DNA of 64,000 bases. It comes from Heterodontus francisci. Lineage: Eukaryota. The notes beneath the pieces were generated by a model. The model saw only the letters and a program-made list of their open reading frames with translations, had not been told where the DNA came from and ran no database searches. The stretch lies in NCBI RefSeq assembly GCF_036365525.1, contig NC_090378.1:122869593-122933592 (forward strand), written 5' to 3'. Made by a program: the position numbers and the translations under genes. Positions 44,501 through 59,500 of this stretch are shown piece by piece (positions within the stretch are counted from its first letter, which is position 1; each line of letters starts with the position of its first letter).

Positions 44501-47500
44501 ACCGGATTGTTTTAGTGTGATGTATCTGAGTACACATAATGGATTGTGAAGTGTGATGTACCTGAGTACACAGTCTGGATTGTGAAGTGTGATGTACCTG
44601 AGTACACAGAACGGATTGTGAAGTGTGATGTATCTGAGTACACAGAATGGATTGTGAAGTGTGATGTACCTGAGTACACAGAATGGATTGTGAAGTGTGA
44701 TGTACCTGAGTACACAGAATGGATTGCGAAGTGTGATGTACCTGAGTACAAAGATTGGATTGTGAAGTGTGATGTACCTGAGTACACAGAATGGATTGTG
44801 AAGTGTGATGTACCTGAGTACACAGACTGGTTTGTGAAGTGTGATGTACCTGTGTACACAGACTGGATTGTGAAGTGTGATGTATCTGAGTACACAGTCT
44901 GGACTGTGAAGTGTGATGTACCTGAGTACACAGACTGGATTGTGAAGTGTGATGTACCTGAGTATACAGACTGGATTGTGAAGTGTGATGTATCTGAGTA
45001 CACAGACTGGATTGTGAAGAGTGATGTACCTGAGTATACAGAATGGATTGTGAAGTGTGATGTACCTGAGTACACAGTCTGGTTTGTGAAGTGTGATGTA
45101 CCTGTGTACACAGACTGGATTGTGAAGTGTGATGTATCTGAGTACACAGTCTGGACTGTGAAGTGTGATGTACCTGAGTACACAGACTGGATTGTGAAGT
45201 GTGATGTACCTGAGTATACTGACTGGATTGTGAAGTGTGATGTATCTGAGTACACAGACTGGATTGTGAAGAGTGATGTACCTGAGTACTCAGACAGAAT
45301 TGTGAAGTGTGATGTACCTGAGTACACAGACTGGATTGTGAAGCGTGATGTACCCGAGTACACAGACTGGATTGTGAAGTGTGATGTACCTGAGTACACA
45401 GACCGGATTGTTTTAGTGTGATGTATCTGAGTACAAAGATTGGATTGTGAAGTGTGATGTACCTGAGTACACAGACTGGACTGTGAAGTGTGATGTATCT
45501 GAGTACACAGAATGCATTGTGAAGTGTGATGTACCTGAGTACACAGAATGGATTGTGAAGTGTGATGTACCTGAGTACACAGTCTGGTTTGTGAAGTGTG
45601 ATGTACCTGTGTACACAGACTGGATTGTGAAGTGTGATGTATCTGAGTACACAGTCTGGACTGTGAAGTGTGATGTACCTGAGTACACAGACTGGATTGT
45701 GAAGTGTGATGTACCTGAGTATACTGACTGGATTGTGAAGTGTGATGTATCTGAGTACACAGACTGGATTGTGAAGAGTGATGTACCTGAGTACTCAGAC
45801 AGAATTGTGAAGTGTGATGTACCTGAGTACACAGACTGGATTGTGAAGCGTGATGTACCCGAGTACACAGACTGGATTGTGAAGTGTGATGTACCTGAGT
45901 ACACAGAATGGATTGTGAAGTGTGATGTACCTGAGTACACAGACCGGATTGTGAAGTGTGATGTATCTGAGTACACAGATTGGATTGTGAAGTGTGATAT
46001 ACCTGAGTACACGGTCTGGTTTGTGAAGTGTGATGTACCTGTGTACACAGACTGGATTGTGAAGTGTGATGGATCTGAGTACACAGACTGGACTGTGAAG
46101 TGTGATGTACCTGAGTACACAGACTGGATTGTGAAGTGTGATGTACCTGAGTATACAGACTGGATTGTGAAGTGTGATGTACCTGAGTACACAGACTGGA
46201 TTGTGAAGTGTGATGTACCTGAGTATACTGACTGGATTGTGAAGTGTGATGTATCTGAGTACACAGACTGGATTGTGAAGAGTGATGTACCTGAGTACTC
46301 AGACAGAATTGTGAAGTGTGATGTACCTGAGTACACAGACTGGATTGTGAAGCGTGATGTACCCGAGTACACAGACTGGATTGTGAAGTGTGATGTACCT
46401 GAGTACACAGACCGGATTGTTTTAGTGTGATGTATCTGAGTACAAAGATTGGATTGTGAAGTGTGATGTACCTGAGTACACAGACTGGACTGTGAAGTGT
46501 GATGTATCTGAGTACACAGAATGCATTGTGAAGTGTGATGTACCTGAGTACACAGAATGGATTGTGAAGTGTGATGTACCTGAGTACACAGTCTGGTTTG
46601 TGAAGTGTGATGTACCTGTGTACACAGACTGGATTGTGAAGTGTGATGTATCTGAGTACACAGTCTGGACTGTGAAGTGTGATGTACCTGAGTACACAGA
46701 CTGGATTGTGAAGTGTGATGTACCTGAGTATACTGACTGGATTGTGAAGTGTGATGTATCTGAGTACACAGACTGGATTGTGAAGAGTGATGTACCTGAG
46801 TACTCAGACAGAATTGTGAAGTGTGATGTACCTGAGTACACAGACTGGATTGTGAAGCGTGATGTACCCGAGTACACAGACTGGATTGTGAAGTGTGATG
46901 TACCTGAGTACACAGAATGGATTGTGAAGTGTGATGTACCTGAGTACACAGACCGGATTGTGAAGTGTGATGTATCTGAGTACACAGATTGGATTGTGAA
47001 GTGTGATATACCTGAGTACACGGTCTGGTTTGTGAAGTGTGATGTACCTGTGTACACAGACTGGATTGTGAAGTGTGATGGATCTGAGTACACAGACTGG
47101 ACTGTGAAGTGTGATGTACCTGAGTACACAGACTGGATTGTGAAGTGTGATGTACCTGAGTATACAGACTGGATTGTGAAGTGTGATGTACCTGAGTACA
47201 CAGACTGGATTGTGAAGTGTGATGTACCTGAGTACAGAGACAGAATTGTGAAGTGTGATGTACCTGAGTACACAGACTGGATTGTGAAGCGTGATGTACC
47301 CGAGTACACAGACTGGATTGTGAAGTGTAATGTACCTGAGCACACAGACTGGATTGTGATGTGTGATGTACCTGAGTACACAGCCCAGATTGTGAAGAGT
47401 GATGTACCTGAGTACACAGACTGGATTGTGAAGTGTGATGTACCTGAGTACACAGACCGGATTGTGAAGTGTGATGTACCTGAGTACACAGACTGGATTG

Positions 47501-50500
47501 TGAAGTGTGATGTACCTGAGTACATAGCCCGGATTGTGAAGAGTGATGTACCTGTGTACACAGACTGCATTACGAAGTGTGATGTACCTGAGTACACAGA
47601 CTGGATTGTGAAGTGTGATGAATCTGTGTACACAGACTGGATTGCGAAGTGTGATGTACCTGAGTACACAGTCTGGTTTGTTAGGTGTTATATACCTGAG
47701 TACACAGACCGGATTGAGAAGTGTGATGTTCCTGAGTACACTGACTGGATTGAGAAGTGTGATGTACCTGAGTACACAGACTGAATTGTGAAGTGTGATG
47801 TACCTGAGTACACAGACTGGATTTTGAAGTGTGATGTTCCTGAGTACACAGACTGGATTGTGAAGTGTGATGCACCTGAGTGCACAGACCGGATTGAGAA
47901 GTGTGATGTTCCTGAGTACACTGACTGGATTGAGAAGTGTGATATACCTGAGTACACAGACTAGATTGTGAAGTGTGATGTTCCTGAGTACACAGCCTGG
48001 ATTGTGAAGTGTGATGTACCTGAGTACACAGACTGGATTGTGAAGTGTGAAGTACCTGAGTACACAGACCGGATTGTTTTAGTGTGATGTATCTGAGTAC
48101 ACAGAATGGATTGTGAAGTGTGATGTACCTGAGTACACAGTCTGGATTGTGAAGTGTGATGTACCTGAGTACACAGAACGGATTGTGAAGTGTGATGTAT
48201 CTGAGTACACAGAATGGATTGTGAAGTGTGATGTACCTGAGTACACAGAATGGATTGTGAAGTGTGATGTACCTGAGTACACAGAATGGATTGCGAAGTG
48301 TGATGTACCTGAGTACAAAGATTGGATTGTGAAGTGTGATGTACCTGAGTACACAGAATGGATTGTGAAGTGTGATGTACCTGAGTACACAGACTGGTTT
48401 GTGAAGTGTGATGTACCTGTGTACACAGACTGGATTGTGAAGTGTGATGTATCTGAGTACACAGTCTGGACTGTGAAGTGTGATGTACCTGAGTACACAG
48501 ACTGGATTGTGAAGTGTGATGTGCCTGAGTATACAGACTGGATTGTGAAGTGTGATGTATCTGAGTACACAGACTGGATTGTGAAGAGTGATGTACCTGA
48601 GTATACAGAATGGATTGTGAAGTGTGATGTACCTGAGTACACAGTCTGGTTTGTGAAGTGTGATGTACCTGTGTACACAGACTGGATTGTGAAGTGTGAT
48701 GTATCTGAGTACACAGTCTGGACTGTGAAGTGTGATGTACCTGAGTACACAGACTGGATTGTGAAGTGTGATGTACCTGAGTATACTGACTGGATTGTGA
48801 AGTGTGATGTATCTGAGTACACAGACTGGATTGTGAAGAGTGATGTACCTGAGTACTCAGACAGAATTGTGAAGTGTGATGTACCTGAGTACACAGACTG
48901 GATTGTGAAGCGTGATGTACCCGAGTACACAGACTGGATTGTGAAGTGTGATGTACCTGAGTACACAGACCGGATTGTTTTAGTGTGATGTATCTGAGTA
49001 CAAAGATTGGATTGTGAAGTGTGATGTACCTGAGTACACAGACTGGACTGTGAAGTGTGATGTATCTGAGTACACAGAATGCATTGTGAAGTGTGATGTA
49101 CCTGAGTACACAGAATGGATTGTGAAGTGTGATGTACCTGAGTACACAGTCTGGTTTGTGAAGTGTGATGTACCTGTGTACACAGACTGGATTGTGAAGT
49201 GTGATGTATCTGAGTACACAGTCTGGACTGTGAAGTGTGATGTACCTGAGTACACAGACTGGATTGTGAAGTGTGATGTACCTGAGTATACTGACTGGAT
49301 TGTGAAGTGTGATGTATCTGAGTACACAGACTGGATTGTGAAGAGTGATGTACCTGAGTACTCAGACAGAATTGTGAAGTGTGATGTACCTGAGTACACA
49401 GACTGGATTGTGAAGCGTGATGTACCCGAGTACACAGACTGGATTGTGAAGTGTGATGTACCTGAGTACACAGAATGGATTGTGAAGTGTGATGTACCTG
49501 AGTACACAGACCGGATTGTGAAGTGTGATGTATCTGAGTACACAGATTGGATTGTGAAGTGTGATATACCTGAGTACACGGTCTGGTTTGTGAAGTGTGA
49601 TGTACCTGTGTACACAGACTGGATTGTGAAGTGTGATGGATCTGAGTACACAGACTGGACTGTGAAGTGTGATGTACCTGAGTACACAGACTGGATTGTG
49701 AAGTGTGATGTACCTGAGTATACAGACTGGATTGTGAAGTGTGATGTACCTGAGTACACAGACTGGATTGTGAAGTGTGATGTACCTGAGTACAGAGACA
49801 GAATTGTGAAGTGTGATGTACCTGAGTACACAGACTGGATTGTGAAGCGTGATGTACCCGAGTACACAGACTGGATTGTGAAGTGTAATGTACCTGAGCA
49901 CACAGACTGGATTGTGATGTGTGATGTACCTGAGTACACAGCCCAGATTGTGAAGAGTGATGTACCTGAGTACACAGACTGGATTGTGAAGTGTGATGTA
50001 CCTGAGTACACAGACCGGATTGTGAAGTGTGATGTACCTGAGTACACAGACTGGATTGTGAAGTGTGATGTACCTGAGTACATAGCCCGGATTGTGAAGA
50101 GTGATGTACCTGTGTACACAGACTGCATTACGAAGTGTGATGTACCTGAGTACACAGACTGGATTGTGAAGTGTGATGTATCTGTGTACACAGACTGGAT
50201 TGCGAAGTGTGATGTACCTGAGTACACAGTCTGGTTTGTTAAGTGTTATATACCTGAGTACACAGACCGGATTGAGAAGTGTGATGTTCCTGAGTACACT
50301 GACTGGATTGAGAAGTGTGATGTACCTGAGTACACAGACTGAATTGTAAAGTGTGATGTACCTGAGTACACAGACTGGATTTTGAAGTGTGATGTTCCTG
50401 AGTACACAGACTGGATTGTGAAGTGTGATGCACCTGAGTACACAGACCGGATTGAGAAGTGTGATGTTCCTGAGTACACTGACTGGATTGAGAAGTGTGA

Positions 50501-53500
50501 TATACCTGAGTACACAGACTAGATTGTGAAGTGTGATGTTCCTGAGTACACAGCCTGGATTGTGAAGTGTGATGTACCTGAGTACACAGACTGGATTGTG
50601 AAGTGTGATGTACCTGAGTACACAGACCGGATTGTTTTAGTGTGATGTATCTGAGTACACAGAATGGATTGTGAAGTGTGATGTACCTGAGTACACAGTC
50701 TGGATTGTGAAGTGTGATGTACCTGAGTACACAGAACGGATTGTGAAGTGTGATGTATCTGAGTACACAGAATGGATTGTGAAGTGTGATGTACCTGAGT
50801 ACACAGAATGGATTGTGAAGTGTGATGTACCTGAGTACACAGAATGGATTGCGAAGTGTGATGTACCTGAGTACAAAGATTGGATTGTGAAGTGTGATGT
50901 ACCTGAGTACACAGAATGGATTGTGAAGTGTGATGTACCTGAGTACACAGACTGGTTTGTGAAGTGTGATGTCCCTGTGTACACAGACTGGATTGTGAAG
51001 TGTGATGTACCTGAGTACACAGACTGGATTGTGAAGTGTGATGTACCTGAGTACACAGACTGGATTGTGAAGTGTGATGTATCTGAGTACACAGACTGGA
51101 TTGTGAAGTGTGATGTATCTGAGTACACAGTCTGGACTGTGAAGTGTGATGTACCTGAGTACACAGACTGGATTGTGAAGTGTGATGTACCTGAGTATAC
51201 AGACTGGATTGTGAAGTGTGATGTATCTGAGTACACAGACTGGATTGTGATGAGTGATGTACCTGAGTACTCAGACAGAATTGTGAAGTGTGATGTACCT
51301 GAGCACACAGACTGGATTCGTGAAGCGTGATGTACCTGAGTACTCAGACAGAATTGTGAAGTGTGATGTACCTGAGTACACAGACTGGATTGTGAAGTGT
51401 GATGTACCTGAGTACTCAGACAGAATGGTGAAGTGTGATGTACCTGAGTGCACAGACAGGATTCTGAAGTGTGATGTACCTGAGTACACAGAATGGATTG
51501 TGAAGTGTGATGTATCTGAGTACACAGACCGGATTGTGAAGTGTGATGTATCTGAGTACACAGAATGGATTGTGAAGTGTGATGTACCTGAGTACACAGA
51601 ATGGATTGCGAAGTGTGATGTACCTGAGTACAAAGATTGGATTGTGAAGTGTGATGTACCTGAGTACACAGAATGGATTGTGAAGTGTGATGTACCTGAG
51701 TACACAGACTGGTTTGTGAAGTGTGATGTACCTGTGTACACAGACTGGATTGTGAAGTGTGATGTACCTGAGTACACAGACTGGATTGTGAAGTGTGATG
51801 TACCTGAGTACACAGACTGGATTGTGAAGTGTGATGTATCTGAGTACACAGACTGGATTGTGAAGTGTGATGTATCTGAGTACACAGTCTGGACTGTGAA
51901 GTGTGATGTACCTGAGTACACAGACTGGATTGTGAAGTGTGATGTACCTGAGTATACAGACTGGATTGTGAAGTGTGATGTATCTGAGTACACAGACTGG
52001 ATTGTGAAGAGTGATGTACCTGAGTACTCAGACAGAATTGTGAAGTGTGATGTACCTGAGCACACAGACTGGATTCGTGAAGCGTGATGTACCTGAGTAC
52101 TCAGACAGAATTGTGAAGTGTGATGTACCTGAGTACACAGACTGGATTGTGAAGTGTGATGTACCTGAGTACTCAGACAGAATGGTGAAGTGTGATGTAC
52201 CTGAGTGCACAGACAGGATTGTGAAGTGTGATGTACCTGAGTACACAGAATGGATTGTGAAGTGTGATGTACCTGAGTACACAGACCGGATTGTGAAGTG
52301 TGATGTATCTGAGTACACAGATTGGATTGTGAAGTGTGATGTACCTGAGTACACAGTCTGGTTTGTGAAGTGTGATGTACCTGTGTACACAGACTGGATT
52401 GTGAAGTGTGATGTATCTGAGTACACAGACTGGACTGTGAAGTGTGATGTTCCTGAGTGCACAGACAGGATTGTGAAGTGTGATGTACCTGTGTACACAG
52501 ACTGGATTGTGAAGTGTGATGTTCCTGAGTGCACAGACAGGATTGTGAAGTGTGATGTACCTGAGTACACAGACTGGATTGTGAAGTGTGATGTACCTGT
52601 GTACACAGACTGGATTGTGAAGTGTGATGTACCTGAGTACACAGACTGGATTGTGAAGTGTGATGTACCTGTGTACACAGACTGGATTGTGAAGTGTGAT
52701 GTACCTGTGTACACAGACTGGATTGTGAAGTGTGATGTACCTGAGTACACAGACTGGATTGTGAAGTGTGATGTACCTGAGTACTCAGACTGGATTGCGA
52801 AGTGTGATGTACCTCAGTACACAGACTGGATTGTGATGTGTGATGTACCTGAGTACACAGACTGGATTGTGAAGTGTGATGTACCTGAGTACTGAGACTG
52901 GATTGCGAAGTGTGATGTACCTCAGTACACAGACTGGATTGTGAAGTGTGATGTACCTGTGTACACAGACTGGATTGTGAAGTGTGATGTTCCTGAGTGC
53001 ACAGACTGGATTGTGAAGTGTGATGTACCTGAGTACACAGACTGGATTGTGAAGTGTGACGTACCTGAGTACACAGACCGGATTGTGAAGTGTGATGTAC
53101 CTGAGTACACAGACTGGATTGTGAAGTGTGATGTACCTGAGTACATAGCCCGGATTGTGAAGAGTGATGTACCTGTGTACACAGACTGCATTGCGAAGTG
53201 TGATGTACCTGAGTACACAGACTGGATTGTGAAGTGTGATGTATCTGTGTACACAGACTGGATTGCGAAGTGTGATGTACCTGAGTACACAGTCTGGTTT
53301 GTGAAGTGTTATATACCTGAGTACGCAGACTGGATTGTGAAGTCTGATGTACCTGAGTACACAGACTGGATTGTGAAGTGTGATGTACCTGAGTACACAG
53401 ACTGGATTGTGAAGTGTCATGTACCTGAGTACACAGACTGGATTGTGAAGTGTGATGTACCTGAGTGCAGAGACCGGATTGTGAAGTGTGATGTATCTGA

Positions 53501-56500
53501 GTACACAGTTTGGTTTGTGAAGTGTGATGTACCTGAGTTCACGGACTGGATTGTGAAGCGTGATGTACCCGAGTACACAGACTGGATTGTGAAGTGTAAT
53601 GTACCTGAGCACACAGACTGGATTGTGAAGTGTGATGTACCTGAGTACACAGACTGGATTGTGAAGTGTGATGTATCTGAGTACACAGTCTGGACTGTGA
53701 AGTGTGATGTACCTGAGTACACAGACTGGATTGTGAAGTGTGATGTACCTGAGTATACAGACTGGATTGTGAAGTGTGATGTATCTGAGTACACAGACTG
53801 GATTGTGAAGAGTGATGTACCTGAGTACTCAGACAGAATTGTGAAGTGTGATGTACCTGAGCACACAGACTGGATTCGTGAAGCGTGATGTACCTGAGTA
53901 CTCAGACAGAATTGTGAAGTGTGATGTACCTGAGTACACAGACTGGATTGTGAAGTGTGATGTACCTGAGTACTCAGACAGAATGGTGAAGTGTGATGTA
54001 CCTGAGTGCACAGACAGGATTGTGAAGTGTGATGTACCTGAGTACACAGAATGGATTGTGAAGTGTGATGTACCTGAGTACACAGACCGGATTGTGAAGT
54101 GTGATGTATCTGAGTACACAGATTGGATTGTGAAGTGTGATGTACCTGAGTACACAGTCTGGTTTGTGAAGTGTGATGTACCTGTGTACACAGACTGGAT
54201 TGTGAAGTGTGATGTATCTGAGTACACAGACTGGACTGTGAAGTGTGATGTTCCTGAGTGCACAGACAGGATTGTGAAGTGTGATGTACCTGTGTACACA
54301 GACTGGATTGTGAAGTGTGATGTTCCTGAGTGCACAGACAGGATTGTGAAGTGTGATGTACCTGAGTACACAGACTGGATTGTGAAGTGTGATGTACCTG
54401 TGTACACAGACTGGATTGTGAAGTGTGATGTACCTGAGTACACAGACTGGATTGTGAAGTGTGATGTACCTGTGTACACAGACTGGATTGTGAAGTGTGA
54501 TGTACCTGTGTACACAGACTGGATTGTGAAGTGTGATGTACCTGAGTACACAGACTGGATTGTGAAGTGTGATGTACCTGAGTACTCAGACTGGATTGCG
54601 AAGTGTGATGTACCTCAGTACACAGACTGGATTGTGATGTGTGATGTACCTGAGTACACAGACTGGATTGTGAAGTGTGATGTACCTGAGTACTGAGACT
54701 GGATTGCGAAGTGTGATGTACCTCAGTACACAGACTGGATTGTGAAGTGTGATGTACCTGTGTACACAGACTGGATTGTGAAGTGTGATGTTCCTGAGTG
54801 CACAGACTGGATTGTGAAGTGTGATGTACCTGAGTACACAGACTGGATTGTGAAGTGTGACGTACCTGAGTACACAGACCGGATTGTGAAGTGTGATGTA
54901 CCTGAGTACACAGACTGGATTGTGAAGTGTGATGTACCTGAGTACATAGCCCGGATTGTGAAGAGTGATGTACCTGTGTACACAGACTGCATTGCGAAGT
55001 GTGATGTACCTGAGTACACAGACTGGATTGTGAAGTGTGATGTATCTGTGTACACAGACTGGATTGCGAAGTGTGATGTACCTGAGTACACAGTCTGGTT
55101 TGTGAAGTGTTATATACCTGAGTACGCAGACTGGATTGTGAAGTCTGATGTACCTGAGTACACAGACTGGATTGTGAAGTGTGATGTACCTGAGTACACA
55201 GACTGGATTGTGAAGTGTCATGTACCTGAGTACACAGACTGGATTGTGAAGTGTGATGTACCTGAGTGCAGAGACCGGATTGTGAAGTGTGATGTATCTG
55301 AGTACACAGTTTGGTTTGTGAAGTGTGATGTACCTGAGTTCACGGACTGGATTGTGAAGCGTGATGTACCCGAGTACACAGACTGGATTGTGAAGTGTAA
55401 TGTACCTGAGCACACAGACTGGATTGTGAAGTGTGATGTACCTGAGTACACAGCCCAGATTGTGAAGTGTGATGTTCCTGAGTGCACAGACAGGATTGTG
55501 AAGTGTGATGTACCGGAGTACACAGACTGGATTGTGAAGTGTGATGTACCTGAGTACACAGACTGGATTGTGAAGTGTGATGTTCCTGAGTGCACAGACA
55601 GGATTGTGAAGTGTGATGTACCTGAGTACACAGACTGGATTGTGAAGTGTGATGTACCTGAGTACACAGACTGGATTGTGAAGTGTGATGTACCTGAGTA
55701 CACAGACTGGATTGTGAAGTGTGATGTACCTGTGTACACGGACTGGATTGCGAAGTGTGATGTACCTGAGTACACAGTCTGGATTGTGAAGTGTTATATA
55801 CCTGAGTACACAGACTGGATTGTGAAGTGTGATGTACATGAGTGCACAGCCAGGATTGTGAAGTGTGATGTACCTGAGTACACAGACTGGATTGTGAAGT
55901 GTGATGTACCTGTGTACACGGACTGGATTGCGAAGTGTGATGTACCTGAGTACACAGACTGGATTGTGAAGTGTGATGTACCTGAGTACACAGACAGGAT
56001 TGTGAAGTGTGATGTACCTGAGTACACAGACTGGATTGTGAAGTGTGATGTACCTGTGTACACGGACTGGATTGCGAAGTGTGATGTACCTGTGTACACA
56101 GACAGGATTGTGAAGTGTGATGTACCTGAGTACACAGACTGGATTGTGAAGTGTGATGTACCTGAGTACACAGACTGGATTGTGAAGTGTGATGTACCTG
56201 AGTACACAGACTGGATTGTGAAGTGTGATGTACCTGTGTACACGGACTGGATTGCGAAGTGTGATGTACCTGAGTACACAGACTGGATTGTGAAGTGTGA
56301 TGTACCTGAGTTCACGGACTGGATTGTGAAGTGTGATGTACCTGAGTACACAGACTGGATTGTGAACGGTGATATACCTGAGTACACAGATTGGATTGTG
56401 AACGGTGATGTCTCTGAGTACACAGTCCGTATTGTGAAGTGTGATATACCTGAGTACACAGACTGGATTGTGAAGTGTGATATACCTGAGTACACAGACT

Positions 56501-59500
56501 GGATTGTGCAGTGTGATATACCTGAGTACACAGACTGGATGGTGAAGTGTGATGTTTCTGAGTACACAGACTGGATTGTGAAGTGTGATATACCTGATTA
56601 CACAGACTGGATTGTGATGTGTGATATACCTGATTGCACAGACTGGATTGTGCAGTGTGATATACCTGAGTACACAGACTGGATGGTGAAGTGTGATGTA
56701 TCTGAGTACACAGACTGGATTGTGAAGTGTGATATACCTGATTACACAGACTGGATTGTGATGTGTGATATACCTGATTACACAGACTGGATTGTGAAGT
56801 GTGATGTACCTGAGTACTCAGACCGGATTGTGAAGTGTGTTGTACCTGAGTACACAGACTGGATTGTGAAGTGTGATGTACCTGAGTACGCAGACTCGAT
56901 TGTGAAGTGTAATGTACCTGAGCACACAGACTGGATTGTGAAGTGTGATGTACCTGAGTACACAGCCCAGATTGTGAAGAGTGACGTACCTGAGTACACA
57001 GACTGGATTGTGAATTGTGATGTTCCTGAGTACACAGACCGGATTGTGAAGTGTGATGTACCTGAGTACACAGACCGGATTGTGAAGTGTGATGTACCTG
57101 AGTACACAGACTGGATTGTGAAGTGTGATGTACCTGATTACGCAGACCGGATTGTGAAGTGTGATTTACCTGAGTACACAGACCGGATTGTGAAGAGTGA
57201 TGTACCTGAGTACACAGAATGGATTGTGAAGTGTGATGCACCTGAGGACACAGACTGGACTGTGAATTGTGATGTACCTGAGTAAGCAGAATGGATTGTG
57301 AAGTGTGATGTGCCTGTGTACACAGACTGGATTGTGAAGTGTGATGTTCCTGAGTGCACAGACAGGATTGTGAAGTGTGATGTACCTGAGTACACAGACT
57401 GGATTGTGAAGTGTGATGTACCTGTGTACACAGACTGGATTGTGAAGTGTGATGTACCTGAGTACACAGACTGGATTGTGAAGTGTGATGTACCTGTGTA
57501 CACAGACTGGATTGTGAAGTGTGATGTACCTGTGTACACAGACTGGATTGTGAAGTGTGATGTACCTGAGTACACAGACTGGATTGTGAAGTGTGATGTA
57601 CCTGAGTACTCAGACTGGATTGCGAAGTGTGATGTACCTCAGTACACAGACTGGATTGTGATGTGTGATGTACCTGAGTACACAGACTGGATTGTGAAGT
57701 GTGATGTACCTGAGTACTCAGACTGGATTGCGAAGTGTGATGTACCTCAGTACACAGACTGGATTGTGAAGTGTGATGTACCTGTGTACACAGACTGGAT
57801 TGTGAAGTGTGATGTTCCTGAGTGCACAGACTGGATTGTGAATTGTGATGTACCTGAGTACACAGACTGGATTGTGAAGTGTAATGTACCTGAGCACACA
57901 GACTGGATTGTGAAGTGTGATGTACCTGAGTACACAGACTGGATTGTGAAGTGTGATGTACCTGAGTACACAGACTGGATTGTGAAGTGTAATGTACCTG
58001 AGCACACAGACTGGATTGTGAAGCGTGATGTACCTGAGTACACAGCCCAGATTGTGAAGAGTGACGTACCTGAGTACACAGACTGGATTGTGAAGTGTGA
58101 TGTACCTGAGTACACAGACCGGATTGTGAAGTGTGATGTACCTGAGTACACAGACTGGATTGTGAAGTGTGATGTACCTGAGTACATAGCCCGGATTGTG
58201 AAGAGTGATGTACCTGTGTACACAGACTGCATTGCGAAGTGTGATGTACCTGAGTACACAGACTGGATTGTGAAGTGTGATGTATCTGTGTACACAGACT
58301 GGATTGCGAAGTGTGATGTACCTGAGTACACAGTCTGGTTTGTGAAGTGTTATATACCTGATTACACAGACTGGATTGTGAAGTGTGATATACCTGATTA
58401 CACAGACTGGATTGTGATGTGTGATATACCTGATTGCACAGACTGGATTGTGCAGTGTGATATACCTGAGTACACAGACTGGATGGTGAAGTGTGATGTA
58501 TCTGAGTACACAGACTGGATTGTGAAGTGTGATATACCTGATTACACAGACTGGATTGTGATGTGTGATATACCTGATTACACAGACTGGATTGTGAAGT
58601 GTGATGTACCTGAGTACTCAGACCGGATTGTGAAGTGTGTTGTACCTGAGTACACAGACTGGATTGTGAAGTGTGATGTACCTGAGTACGCAGACTCGAT
58701 TGTGAAGTGTAATGTACCTGAGCACACAGACTGGATTGTGAAGTGTGATGTACCTGAGTACACAGCCCAGATTGTGAAGAGTGACGTACCTGAGTACACA
58801 GACTGGATTGTGAATTGTGATGTTCCTGAGTACACAGACCGGATTGTGAAGTGTGATGTACCTGAGTACACAGACCGGATTGTGAAGTGTGATGTACCTG
58901 AGTACACAGACTGGATTGTGAAGTGTGATGTACCTGATTACGCAGACCGGATTGTGAAGTGTGATTTACCTGAGTACACAGACCGGATTGTGAAGAGTGA
59001 TGTACCTGAGTACACAGAATGGATTGTGAAGTGTGATGCACCTGAGGACACAGACTGGACTGTGAATTGTGATGTACCTGAGTAAGCAGAATGGATTGTG
59101 AAGTGTGATGTGCCTGTGTACACAGACTGGATTGTGAAGTGTGATGTTCCTGAGTGCACAGACAGGATTGTGAAGTGTGATGTACCTGAGTACACAGACT
59201 GGATTGTGAAGTGTGATGTACCTGTGTACACAGACTGGATTGTGAAGTGTGATGTACCTGAGTACACAGACTGGATTGTGAAGTGTGATGTACCTGTGTA
59301 CACAGACTGGATTGTGAAGTGTGATGTACCTGTGTACACAGACTGGATTGTGAAGTGTGATGTACCTGAGTACACAGACTGGATTGTGAAGTGTGATGTA
59401 CCTGAGTACTCAGACTGGATTGCGAAGTGTGATGTACCTCAGTACACAGACTGGATTGTGATGTGTGATGTACCTGAGTACACAGACTGGATTGTGAAGT